Positions 25,621-37,860 of a DNA stretch of 64,000 nucleotides are shown here, one piece after another (within the stretch, counting starts at the first letter, position 1; each line of letters starts with the position of its first letter). The notes beneath the pieces were generated by a model that did no database searches, was not told the origin of the DNA, and worked only from the letters and a program-made list of their open reading frames with translations. The DNA is from Tubiluchus corallicola. Its lineage: Eukaryota > Animalia > Priapulida. The DNA lies in contig JAQGDQ010000300.1 of NCBI GenBank assembly GCA_030141605.1, positions 1-64,000 on the forward strand, written 5' to 3'. Made by a program: the position numbers and the translations under genes.

Positions 25621-27251
25621 ATGATACTGTTCGTATTTTTTACTATCGGCTCTTGCTAGATCCATAACACACGTTCGAAAATGGTGTAAAGTAATGATAG
25701 TCAGACATTTTAATGCATGTTTTCTACTGAGCTGAATGGAATCAAAAACAGGTTTTTCGAATTTGTATGAGTCAACTGCTTATATTAACCTTATTTTTTG
25801 TGCCTGCCATCATATCATGTTATATCCGCTCTATGACATATCTACTGAAAAATACTGTTACTAAGAAGTTTGTTATAAAAAATTTAAAAAATTTTTATTG
25901 AAACAATTTTACCAAGAAACAGTTTAAACAAGAATGGAATTTATAAACAGAAACAGAATTCATTAATTTCGTATTCCAGGCAACTATAGGGTTTATAGTA
26001 AATTGGGTTAAAAATATTATACACAGTTATTAAAGTATACTATTTAAACTCATGAATAATAATCAACGAACACATTATTTTAATTTAGTGTCTCTGATTA
26101 AAGCCTTAGTAATAAAATTACTGTACGCCTTAAAATATTGTAAAGCGGAATGCCTTTTATTACTAAAAATTTTGTTTGAAATTCCGTACTCTGAATATAC
26201 TTTTCAGTGTACCAGTTCAATGATCAACATAATAATAATAGACTAACTGAAATACAATTGATATTACATCAGTGCATGCGTGTAAGAAAATACATTCTGA
26301 AGTTCTACCAGCGCAATAAAACCTCAAATTAATGTTGCACTAGCTATATATACAAATTTTTAATATTGTAAAAACAAACACAAAAACTTATTTTATCCAA
26401 AAGCTCTTAGTTGCTAGAACTACGAATTTGTGCACATACAACACTACAGACCACAATCTTTTGCAGTTAAACTGCCAGAGAATTTGTAAAATGAATTTTT
26501 GACAAATTTACTTGGCAAAACTGTCACAAAAAATCATTAAAACGAAAGAATTAAACAATACCGTTGTATTAATAATTACCTGTCCGTATTTGCAGGTGCC
26601 TGTAGATACGTATATATTAGTTAAAGGTACTTTTCATTGTATTTCATCAAATAATTCTTTATTTCTTACCAAGTTTTAATTAACGTTTTGCCTTCACTGA
26701 AATTTCGAGTTAATCGTGATTGTCATCATTTTCCGATTACAGCAAATTTCATTATCCTGCAATATCCATGTTGTGTACTTTTACCAGATCTTCTTGACGC
26801 ATTTCCATTTAACTTTCTGCCTAAATAAATGCACCCTATTATCTTGACGTAGATTTCAAGACATTTCAAGCACTGCATTCCCTCGATAATATGCATAATT
26901 TCACTCAAAGCAATAGCTACATAAAGAGAAATCATGTTATTTCCCAAGTTTAGAAGGTGCATAATTTTCGTTTATACTTCTTCCAAAAATTTGCATAATT
27001 TCGCGTCGCATCAATAATTACGACATTTTGACAAAAAAACAAAAACATCAGACGTCAATTCTAAGAAATTAGATCATTTCGAGAGTAGCTGGTATCCTTT
27101 GTCTGTATCTTATACCAGTCAATGTTTCACTGTGGATTGTGAGCGAATCTAATATTGATAGCAATAACATTCATTTATCTACATTTCTCTCACAAATACT
27201 GTTCACACTACATAGAATAACTTGAAAAAACAGTTAACACACAGCGAAAAA

Positions 27252-27449
27252 TACGAAAGTGTATTAGGGCCATGATATTCGATTAAAAAAAATCTGGTTA
27301 TAATTTTGTTATAACCAAATTTTTTTTATAATCGGATGGCAAAAAAATTGGTTATAACCACGTTTTTTATAATCGGACGAAAAACGAAAAAACTTGGTTA
27401 TAACCAGATTTTTTATAATCGGATATCATGGCCCTGATATGCTTTCGTA
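27252..27449. mobile_element. Fold-back MITE (~50-bp imperfect TIR; hAT-like YAGGG core)
   Basis: TACGAAAGTGTATTAGGGCCATGATATTCGATTAAAAAAAATCTGGTTATA versus the reverse complement of the right end, TACGAAAGCATATCAGGGCCATGATATCCGATTATAAAAAATCTGGTTATA; internal repeats of GGTTATAACC and TTATAATCGGA. No TSD seen. Confidence 0.75.
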
Positions 27450-27799
27450 GAACAATGGAACAATTGTTCTGTGAACAATGGCGCACACACTGGTAGTCAA
27501 ATTTGAGATTTTTATACCTCATATTACTTAAAACAATACTAAACATAAATACATAATACTAAATATATAAAAAAATCATCAGTACCAAATAAATCTTAAG
27601 GCCTAAAATATAGTTGAACATATAGCTAACTTCGACTAGGTGATAGAAGGCTTCGACTAAAATACAAGGTAAAACTATAAACTATCAGTCTCTCTTAAGT
27701 AGTAAAATACTGCAAATCGCTAAAGATTGTCAGCTACGAATCCATGAGACAGTAGAAAAACGTGAAAAATAGGAAATATGAAACATCTTCTCATCTTTG

Positions 27800-27896
27800 C
27801 TACATTCGCTTATATACTCCGATGAAATTCTTACAACTTGGGCAACGATGTTCCACGTCTTTGCAAGAATCTACACAAAATGGTATGCAGCAACAG
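27800..27896 (-). CDS. LITAF: LITAF/SIMPLE-like domain protein, last coding exon
   Basis: TTTTTCAG acceptor, phase 2; [31 protein letters not shown] with the second HxCxxC knuckle. Confidence 0.92.
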
Positions 27897-28108
27897 CTGA
27901 AAAACAATAAATAACGTGTAAAAATATGCAACATTATTTCATATATACCAACAGTACCGCCATTGCATCTTTGTAGAATCAGCATAATATTACGGCCGTC
28001 AACACTGTTTAGGTTTCCCAAATGAATGTATTTTCAATTGCAGATACGACTGCGTGTCAATAAAAACAATGAGAATAGGCGTTTCCATTTTTTTTGGTAA
28101 TAATTTAA

Positions 28109-28599
28109 AGCAAAACCGGATCCAATCTTAAACTGTAGGTCAAAACCATATACTTTTTAAAATTTTGAAAGTAAACATACCATTATTACCACACAAACAC
28201 AATTTCGCGTTCCCGGTGCTGTACCTCTCAGTTCAGACGTGTTAGTTTGTGACGAACTGCACACGTTCGACAACTCATTCGTGAGCCCAGCGGTAAATTT
28301 GAAATTTGAATTTTTACCTTAAGATTTGCCTAGCTTTAGTACTACACACTGAATATCTTACAGTAGCACTGTACTTTAATTTTCGCTTTCGCAAACACAT
28401 GCAACACGTTCGTGAAATATTTTTTATGTTGAAAATTATGTTCGTTTGTGATGTCATCAATAGTTGGGCTCCCTGCCGTTAAGTTTTTAATCTATTATTT
28501 AATTAACAGAAACGCTTTTGCAGTATTAATCGTGTTAAAATGTATACTTTTTAGCGGACTTGGAAATGGGGTAGTATACGATTATCATCCTGTCTTCCT
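28109..28599 (+). mobile_element. Kolobok-like non-autonomous DNA transposon, copy C (in LITAF intron)
   Basis: TTAA|AGCAAAACCGGATCC ... ATCATCCTGTCTTCCT|TTAA; internal deletions relative to copies B and E. Confidence 0.85.
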
Positions 28600-29413
28600 T
28601 TAAAAACTGTTTCTCTTTTTCTAGTTGGGTTAAATAATATTTTTGTTAGTCATTTGAAATACAATACATCTGGAAAGTACAGTTTAACTGGAGATAAGTA
28701 TGCCTAATTTGCTTGGCTAACAGAAGAACTTTCTCCTATAATAAAACCTCTCGGGAATAATCCTCCGTTACCAACAAAATACATAGTCATAGATTACAAT
28801 AAAGAAAGCAAATATGACTAACAGTATTACTTTTACAATAAATATAACCTTTACTCTTATCCTCGTTAATTTGAAGTCGCTTTTACCGTCGAAAATATAT
28901 TCATTTCCGGAAGCCTAAATAGTTTTAGTGTTGATGACAACGCTATTTCATATGATGATAGAGTTGATGATAAATTAGCAGGGATGTGGAAAGTTAAAAC
29001 ACGCAAGTATAATCGCTAACAACTTTGTAAACAAACAAAGCCAATAGTTGTAATAACATTTCATTTTGATTTGATTTAATTTTGGTTTAACATTTCATTT
29101 CAAACTTTCTAACTTTACAAAGTTCACATCAACATCACAAACGAATACAGAAAATACAATAAATTATAGCACACGTGAATAACGCAGATAACAATTTGCG
29201 ATAAAACAAACTTCGCCAATGACGTCTAATTTCAGAAGTAAAATTTACATCATTGCTTAAAATGATCTTGCATATAAAATTTTCATTGCATATTAAAAAC
29301 TGACCTGAGCTATGACACAATATCTAGAGCTAAAGTTTTAAAGGTAACGTGCCTTTTAACAAAAAGGCCTTGAGAACTCACAGAATCGTGGAATAAAACA
29401 CTTTGTTTCCTAC

Positions 29414-29553
29414 CTGATAAAGAATAGTAAACAGCAGGACACCCAAACACAAGTTCCATTCTTTTTATCAGTATCAGTTGTCACTTGGTTTTTGCAATGT
29501 GGACATTGTACGACCATTGGCTCAGGTCCAAGAGTAGCGACGACAGTAGTCAT
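29414..29553 (-). CDS. LITAF: LITAF/SIMPLE-like domain protein, first coding exon; model complement(join(27800..27896,29414..29553)), 78 aa
   Basis: gccATG at 29553 with an in-frame TGA 12 nt upstream; MTTVVATLGPEPMVVQCPHCKNQVTTDTDKKNGTCVWVSCCLLFFI-S (CxxC plus hydrophobic stretch); CAG|GTAG donor, phase 2. Absent from the ORF track. Confidence 0.9.
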
Positions 29554-29944
29554 GGCGTGTGCTCACTGCAAATGACACAGTACGTGGAGAAAACCAGAAA
29601 TTCAGGTTCATTAGAATATATAATTGCAAATGCTTACATGAGTCTGGTGGGTACTGAATTATTGAATTGAAGTTCGCTACAGTTCTTACTCAACTGACAA
29701 ACTTTACGCTTGCCTGCGTAAACAATTATTGGTTTCAATCATCTAAACTAATCAATTGTATGTACTGTATTATACTGTTGGCGTTTTTTTCATTTAGTTA
29801 AGTTTTCAGTTACATATTTTTATCCAAATTGTTTTTGGAATTACGCTCTTTTTTAACATGCTTAAAATCAACGTAGTAGCGTGAGTCGAGCTTGAACAAA
29901 ACGGTTTTGCTTTCTTTGTTCAATCTTTACAGTTATATAATCTA

Positions 29945-29969
29945 TTAGTTAGTCAATCAGTCAGTCAGC

Positions 29970-30002
<33 letters not shown>

Positions 30003-30070
30003 AGTCAGCCATTCAGTCAGTCAGTCAGTCATTCAGTCAATTAGTCAGTCAGTCAATCAGTCATTTAGTC
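29945..30070. repeat. (CAGT)n microsatellite
   Basis: Directly visible. Confidence 0.92.
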
Positions 30071-30449
30071 AAGAAACCAAAGCGTCATTTATAAACTTTA
30101 GCTATGTTGTAATAATTCAATCTTTCAACGTCTAAAAAACACTGTCTATGATTCAGCTACCTGTTATACACACCAATTAACCATTAGCTAATTAATAGGT
30201 TTCGTACGCCGGAAAGCACTCAAAAGCAAGGCCTGCTCAAGGAAATGTTTGTGACGTGACACCATCACAAGTCATTATCTAGAACCTACATCTACGATGA
30301 CCTATCAGATGTATATGCAAATTTTAGTTTACTTATGATTGATTACACGCATATATAGGTTGATATATTAATGATACAATGTTAAATATATGACCCAGCA
30401 GAGGTATCTTAGCCATATTGCAAGCATCTTCCTTACCTCTCGCCCCTGG

Positions 30450-30534
<85 letters not shown>

Positions 30535-30568
30535 CATCATCATCATCATCATCATTATCCTTATCATT

Positions 30569-30642
<74 letters not shown>

Positions 30643-30665
30643 CATCATCATTATTATCATCATAA

Positions 30666-30736
<71 letters not shown>
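30450..30736. repeat. Compound (TTA)n-(TCA)n-(TTA)n microsatellite
   Basis: Directly visible. Confidence 0.98.
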
Positions 30737-30738
<2 letters not shown>

Positions 30739-31120
30739 ACCAGAGACAGACGAGTAAACAAATTGAAAATTCTGCATCATATTTTACCTTGCAAAAGCAG
30801 TACATTTAAAGTCACTAAAAAAATTAGCTATGCGATTATTTTGATGTGTTTTACAAATTATGACAGTTTGTACAGTTCTCTTATTTGTCAAGGCGTGGCA
30901 CCAAACTCACATATCACGCACGCAGTTGAGATATTGAATAAAACATCAAATTAAAATAAAGTTTAATAGAGATTAAAATACTTCTTACCTGTACAAAAGC
31001 TCTTTACCTGGTTTGATATCAGTAATAATATATTTGCACGAAAAGCACTTTCTGGATGGGTTTGGCTACGCTAAGCATCAGCTCTTAGCATACTGAGAAA
31101 CTTGTTCCTACCCGCAATGT

Positions 31121-31134
31121 CGGTCACGTGACCG
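31121..31134. promoter_or_regulatory. CLEAR-type palindromic E-box (GTCACGTGAC) in the putative LITAF promoter
   Basis: 14-bp palindrome CGGTCACGTGACCG just upstream of a probable 5'UTR exon that ends at minus-strand donors 30989 (CAG|GTAAGA) or 31008 (CAG|GTAAAG). Confidence 0.55.
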
Positions 31135-31459
31135 GGGTGTGACGAGTGACGAAAAAACCTTCAAGGCCTTTAATTAAATCATGGTCAGGTAGTGAGTGAG
31201 GCAGCTCTACTAGTCTGCAGTTAACAGTAGTTTGTTTACGAGCTCAACGTGTTGGTTAACTTACTCGCCTTGAAAGTCAAAACCAGCAGCTGCTGCTTTA
31301 ACACAACATTATTTAAATATAGAAAAGTCATGTTTTACGCACGCGTATGCGTTTGCTTCTTTGTTTACTTGTTAATTGTGTTTGTCGTCCGTCCGTCCGT
31401 TCGCTAGTTAGTTAGTAGTTAGTCAGTTACGTAATTAGTTAGTTAGGCAAATAGGCAGT

Positions 31460-31750
31460 TAGTCAGTCAATCTGTCAGTCAGTCCGTTTGTTTGTTTGTT
31501 TGTTTGTTTGTTTGTATGTGTGCATGTATGCAAGCATGCCTGTATGTGTGTATGTATGTATGTATGTATGTATGTAAGTATGTATGCATGCATGTATGTA
31601 TGTATGTATGTATGTATGTATGTATGTATGTATGTATGTATGTATGTATGTATGTATGTATGTATGTATGTATGTATGTATTGTATGTTTGTATGTATGT
31701 GTGTATGTTTGTTTGTTTGTTTGCATGCGTGTATGTATGCTTGTTTGTTA
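31460..31750. repeat. (TTTG)n/(TATG)n microsatellite
   Basis: Directly visible. Confidence 0.97.
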
Positions 31751-32920
31751 TTTAACATTTTCGATGTATGCATAGAGTACATCCTTGGTGCTACAGATGC
31801 TTGATGCAATTCAGTCACTCTCCATGCCAGATTTTTTTTCCTTGATGATAAAATGAATTGGCTTGCTAACCTCTCTACCGTTGTCAGTTATACCCGAATG
31901 ACTGGGGCTAATGGTTGTGCTAATGGCATTGTGAACTTTCTTCGATAACAACAAACCAATAAGACTAGAGCTTACATGCACATAATTTAATCTCAAGAGG
32001 ACCTCAAAAATACATTTTCCAATATTTGATTAAGAGAGACACGGGAGAACACTGGGTCTGAACTCATTAAGCAAAGTTTGAACACGATATCGAGCTGACC
32101 ATGACCAGAGCTGAAATTAACTCTGACTGGGACCCACCACACCCACCACTGGTCGCTAAGGCATCAGGCTGGAGATCAATAGAGCTTCATCTTACCCCAT
32201 TAGATCGCCGAGTAGGAGGTGTAGTGGTTACTGTACTAAAAGCAGAAGCCCAGCATACTAAAATTAAATATCGGGATGATTTTTTTTCGTAAGGACTTGG
32301 GGAAGCACTGGGGATGGATACTTCAAGAGAGTAGAGAAGCTGCATTACACATGACCGAACAGTCGGTGTGTCTACAATTATTAACACAAATTGCAGTGTT
32401 TTTAAACCAGTCATCTAGCAATAAAATCGCGAAAAATAGTATTATGAGAAACCAGGTCGCTCTGTCGTAAAAAGTTCCTGCTTAGTGAGCTCTGCCTACT
32501 CCCTCTCCCCTCCTTTACACCATATATACGTCACAATATCTATTGCGCCATCACAATACACGCTTCTATTGTTAGGTTGATCTGCTATTTAACTAACTTC
32601 TACAATATTTGACCTTTCACTATGACTTTTGCTTGTCAATGTAAACCGTAGCCAAAATTCATTATTACACAAAAGTAGTTTCAGTAATTCATTACAATAA
32701 TGATTTCCTGAACTAATACATCGAACCTGTGCAGTCTGGCACAATCTGGTACACGGACGTGTAATCAGCAAATCGATGGCCCTGGTTTTTACTATTTTTT
32801 ACCATCAAATATTAAACAGTCTCCATGTTGATAAAATATTCGTAGAAACGGTCAGGGTCTGTAAGACTTGAAAATATCCAGTCCACACCCATCGTCAGCA
32901 CATCAATGTCTTTTATGAGT

Positions 32921-33407
32921 TTAAGGGATTGGGGAGGGTGGTCGTGGTCGCTGTCTCTCCACTCGCGATATAGCCCCCTCTCTGGGGTCCTCCACTTCTG
33001 GTTCGCCTCCTACATTAAGAGCTTGTTCAAATTCAAAGAAAAGGTCACATCCGGGGCTAAGGGAGGACGAGGAAAGTTCGTTTGACCCACTCCGCTGCAG
33101 TGGTTCCAACTTCCTGGGTATGTTTTTCTTGGTATAGTGAGCTTCTGTCTGCAGAGGGTTAATATAGTTCACTTTCAGTCCGCTAGGTAGCGTTTTCTTT
33201 TTTTCGTGAAGTTTATCTAACACTTTCTGTGCTGCTAGCACCTCGTCGCTAACTAGGGGAAAACCCGGCATGTCCTGTGTGGGAAGTAGCCCTACACTGG
33301 GAGAAATCCTGACATTAACACGACTTCCGGGATGAAGTGGAGAGCTGCTTAGAATTGCATATTCTCCGTCCGGTGAATTACTGTCCAAATCTATCGCACT
33401 ATCGTCA
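32921..33407 (-). CDS. Uncharacterised Ser/Pro/Arg-rich protein, last coding exon
   Basis: ATTTAG acceptor, phase 2; DDSAIDLDSNSPDGEYAIL...RKLEPLQRS...RPRPPSPIP*; GC-richer than its flanks. Confidence 0.8.
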
Positions 33408-33797
33408 CTAAATTATAAGAAAAGAATCTGTCACGTGATTCATATTACGTTTAACTTAAACTCGTTAAATTCATAACATTGTGTGCAAACTAGTAAATAG
33501 TGATCGTATGCCGCCAGCACGCTAATAAAAACCTTTCCCAAATATATGCACTCACACTCATAACATCACAGCAACACATAAACATACATACAAATTGTTA
33601 TTACATTGAAAAAAATTTAAACTAAACGAATTACTGTGAGGAGAAGGAAGCAGCATTAAGCTTTCGAATCCTCCTCCAGATAAGTGGAACAATTGACAAT
33701 TAACATTACATAGTATTTTCATCAGTTATAACATACATTAGAACAAAATAAGTTTTGTTAGTAACTTACGATCAGAATGAGTAAAATTGTGAGTTAA

Positions 33798-34077
33798 TTA
33801 TACCGTTGTAGTAAGTAATTCTTTGATGCTTTTTTTAAATTGATAAAGATTAAGAGTTTTCATTTCACCCGGAATTGATGACCATATTTTAATAGCATTA
33901 TATTTTGATGACTGTTTCATTATATTTGTTTTTGGAAAAGGGAGTACATGGTTTCCAACTGAACATCTTGTGTAATGATCATGTTGATTTGTAACTGTAC
34001 TAAAGTATGACTGAAAAGCAGGTGGAAGTAGTGAGCTATGATACTGATACATGAAATGAAGACAATACATGTCATTT

Positions 34078-34080
<3 letters not shown>
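33798..34080 (-). mobile_element. 5'-truncated CR1/L2-group LINE, ORF2 C-terminus
   Basis: FMYQYHSSLLPPAFQSYF...HDHYTR...KTNIMKQSSKYNAIKIWSSIP...FKKSIKELL is the typical end of a CR1/L2/Crack ORF2; intronic. Confidence 0.8.
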
Positions 34081-34081
<1 letters not shown>

Positions 34082-34119
<38 letters not shown>

Positions 34120-34155
34120 GCACACACACGCGCGCGCGCGCACGCGCGCACACAC
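34082..34155. repeat. (CA)n-(CG)n alternating purine-pyrimidine tract
   Basis: Directly visible; abuts the LINE truncation point. Confidence 0.95.
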
Positions 34156-34633
34156 CACTTAATTTTAGCCTCACTACTGTATTGTTATAACACAACACTC
34201 AAGATGGCAGATACATATGCCTTGCCATACATATAGTGAAATGAGCTAATATCGTACACTGGCAAATATCACTAAAAATATTTTTTTCTTTTTCCTATAC
34301 TAGATTATTCGTTTTTTGTTAATAAAGGAATGTGCCTATAATACGTTAATAAGTTTTTTCATCTTCTTTGTTAATAAAGGAAAGCGTCTATACTACTTGC
34401 TTATTTTTAGTAAAACCGGTATACTACATTAGCTCATTTTACCATATTTAACAAAGAACTCTTATGTAGCTACATGTAGTGTTTTTGATGGTAGAGTCTG
34501 ACAATTTATAGGCTACTATACAGACTTTGCTTTAACACAGCTAAAACTGAAGTATTTAAAATGCAAATCTTGCCAAGATATTCCTATTCATAAAAAAATC
34601 GAATTGAATCGAAAACATCCCCTTGCACGTTAC

Positions 34634-34714
34634 CTAGATGATCGTCTCTTTTTAGCGGATTTTGGCCTTTCTGGTCTCCGAAATGAGTTAAACTCGTCCT
34701 GAACACTGCAACGC
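34634..34714 (-). CDS. Uncharacterised protein, middle exon (81 nt)
   Basis: TTTCAG acceptor and AG|GTAACG donor, phase 2-2; RCSVQDEFNSFRRPERPKSAKKRRSS joins the flanking exons in frame. Confidence 0.75.
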
Positions 34715-35930
34715 CTGAAATCAAGTTAGATTAAATATCTTTAAACCTTCGATGAAAAATAACTAGGCAAATCCTGCCACATATCCCTGTGTCGATTACT
34801 AATTACGAATACAAATTTTGCTATCTGTAATTTACTCATACAAAGTTTAATTACGTTGTTTTATATTACGATGTGCTAAGACATCGCGAGACAAAAGTGG
34901 GCCAGGTTCTCAAAAAAGTTTGAAGTTACCAACATGAGTTTTATAATATTTAAAATAAACCACGTCGATGTTTAATATCAAGATAATCTTGTAACGAGTT
35001 GGTCAAGATGCGATCCAAATATTTTTGGTCATTAAGAATCTTAACATCAGAATCATTTAGAATCACGCTAGAGCTCAAGAGATCAGTTTATCTTTTGGAT
35101 ATGAAATACAAGCATTTGCTTGTATCAGAGTTATAACAAATATAATTTTCTAAAGAAGATTTTTCACTTATATTAGAGCACTCTTTAATCATCCTAGTCG
35201 CTGGCCAAATGTATGTTAGCTACAATGTATCAGGTTTTTCCTGCATACGTAAGAAACATGCTTTTAGTTTCAGAAGTAAGCTGTTTTTGAGTCAGAATAC
35301 TATTATTAACAGCTTGCTGCACAAGACTGAATCAATTTTAGATCGAGCATTTTTAATTTATGGCAAAGAATTTATTTACCCGTTCTAACTAACCGTTTCT
35401 TGTATGTAAGCTTACAATGTTTCTGTAAACTAACTCTGTATTTTTGTGCCTTATTTTTATTGTTCTTTGAACTGTAAATGTCTGAAATAAAATAAATAAT
35501 AATGATAATAAAGTTTATAGCAACTGCAGTACTAAACCGTCTTCCGCCCGTATATTGGGTTAATTTCTGTTGTTTGCACGTAGACCTATTTAGTAGAGTC
35601 CAGCGCATGTAAAGAGTTTTACTAAACTATTTAGCAAATTTTAGGATTTTTAGCGGTTAAACCAATTTCCGAGATTTAGAGAGATCACCATATAAGTTCG
35701 TGTAATCTTATATAGTTTATAATATGATATGTTTTTAACACTAAGTCTGTAGATCTGAAGCAATTGCTTAATAGTCCTTAAAACTATGTGCTTTTTTACT
35801 TATTGAAAACACGTAAATTGATTACAAAATTACCCTGCAAGAGAATTTGATTAATTGTGTATAAATTTGCCTTACTGGTTTTCAACTAAATCTTGGTAAA
35901 TCAATAAGAACAATTCCCCCACTATCGTAC

Positions 35931-36115
35931 CTGTTGGAGCTGTTCTTGTATGAAAAACTTCGACAAAGTCTGCCATCATCAACATCTAGTGAACTACGTC
36001 TTGGCTGCTGCACATTGGCTTCGCATGACTTTGTCCTGACAAGGCGCTTTGACTTTTCAAGGTCAGCACCTACACGAACTTCATCAGCTTTATATTTTGT
36101 AAATGTTTTATTCAT
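35931..36115 (-). CDS. Uncharacterised protein, first identifiable coding exon; model complement(join(32921..33407,34634..34714,35931..36115)), ~250 aa
   Basis: MNKTFTKYKADEVRVGADLEKSKRLVRTKSCEANVQQPRRSSLDVDDGRLCRSFSYKNSSN-R; CAG|GTACG donor, phase 2. Start codon uncertain. Confidence 0.65.
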
Positions 36116-37375
36116 CACAATTGTATTGGTTTCTAGGTTGTATAAACTCCACAACAAAACGTTGTTATGATAAAGCTTAATCGTGTATAATTACTGTACG
36201 ATAAAATGACCCAATTTTTATTTTTTGCGGTAAAAATCACTTGAACTATGGCAGTGTCAGGTGCTCAAAACAGACTGCCAGCACACTGGACTTTCACCAC
36301 GAATATTTTGCAATAAGTATCAACACAATTCGCATTCGGATATTGCAAGTCAAAAACCACAATTTTTTGCCACAGTTTTCGTTTTGCAAAATAGAAAGTG
36401 CTCACCTAATGCACCTTTAAACGTTAAAAGCTATTAGCGTTACATTCACATCCTTCGCAACCATCAGGATTCAGAAGAATGATCACTTCCCCTGCCACTA
36501 TGGCAACCCCACCCGTACTATCCTAATATTGATTTGAATGTATCATAGAGCACATGTAATATACTTAAACGCCATAGAGTTCACTACCAATATGCTAGTA
36601 ACCTAATCATCTATTTAAGGCTCTGTCTAAATATAGTTTCACCTAGAAACCTACCTTCCCCTCCCCCCGTACAGGTTCAGTGGTGTCTCAAATTGGGAGG
36701 TCTCGAATCTCGAGTGGTGTCGCAAATGGGGAAATTTTGGCAAAGACAAGTAGGGTGTCGTGATTCCTTATCAAACATTAACTTAATATAGTTGCACCCA
36801 AACCAGTAATCTACGGCCCCCTTTATTTTCGTACCGTAAAAACTTCGCACAGATATGGATCTGCCAGGTAAACAAGCGTAAACTGGCAACGCGGCAATTT
36901 ATAAATCATTTAATTAATGACGTTGTTATGACGCCCATACATTGATGCATTGAACGAACGTAATTTCAAAGAAGCTTACGTCAGTCTACGTGCATCAAAA
37001 GATACCATGCTTCCTGAATGCAGCCAGGTACAAAGGAAATTTACAACTGTGAAACTGCTTATTTTTTATCCTACCCGAGCCGTTAGACAGACATTATTTT
37101 CCAGCAATGCAGCAATGACACTGTTAAGTTTTTTCTTTATCTGTATTTATAAGATATTTTGAATTCTATTGTTATGTCAGTAATTAGAAATCAACTACCT
37201 GTTCACACACGTAATTGTGCAAATAAAAATTAAGTTAAAAACACTTTCAAGATGATTATTTCAGTTTTAAACTTCGAAGTTTTATTAAATGCGGGCAGTT
37301 AATTTAAACACGTAGTAATTAAAACAAGTTAAGAATTTAAGCTATGTATGCTGTTGTTGTATAATACTGAATCAA

Positions 37376-37860
37376 AGGAAAGGCGGATCCTAGCTTAAAA
37401 GGATCCTAGCTATAGATCAAAACAATCTAGCCTATAGAATATTAAAAGGGAACGTATTGTAATTTCGCGCCACTAGTTCTTCACTGTTACATGCATTTCA
37501 CCATTCGCTAGTTAGATAGGCACTAGCGCCTGCATCTCGGAAACGCTGTGTACAAAAGCGTGTGCTATATCTCTCATTTCAGAAGTGTTCAGTTGTGACG
37601 CAGTGCACAAGTTCGAGAGCTCATGCGCGAGCACAGTGATAAATTTGAAATTTTATATTAACTTAAAATTTCCCGAACTTTTGCTGATTACACTGAACAC
37701 TGTACTTCAATTTTTGCTTTTGCAAACACGTGCAACCTGCTTGTGGAATGTTTGTGTTGTTGAAAATTATGTTCAGTTATGACGTCGTCAATAATTGGGT
37801 TCGCCTGCCGTTAATTAAGTTTTTAATCTATTATTTAATAATTAAAAACGCGTTGTATAG
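37376..37860 (+). mobile_element. Kolobok-like element, degraded copy D
   Basis: AGGAAAGGCGGATCC left end; body GCGCCACTAGTTCTTCACTGTTACATGCATTTC...GAAAATTATGTT shared with copy E; right end lost. Confidence 0.75.
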
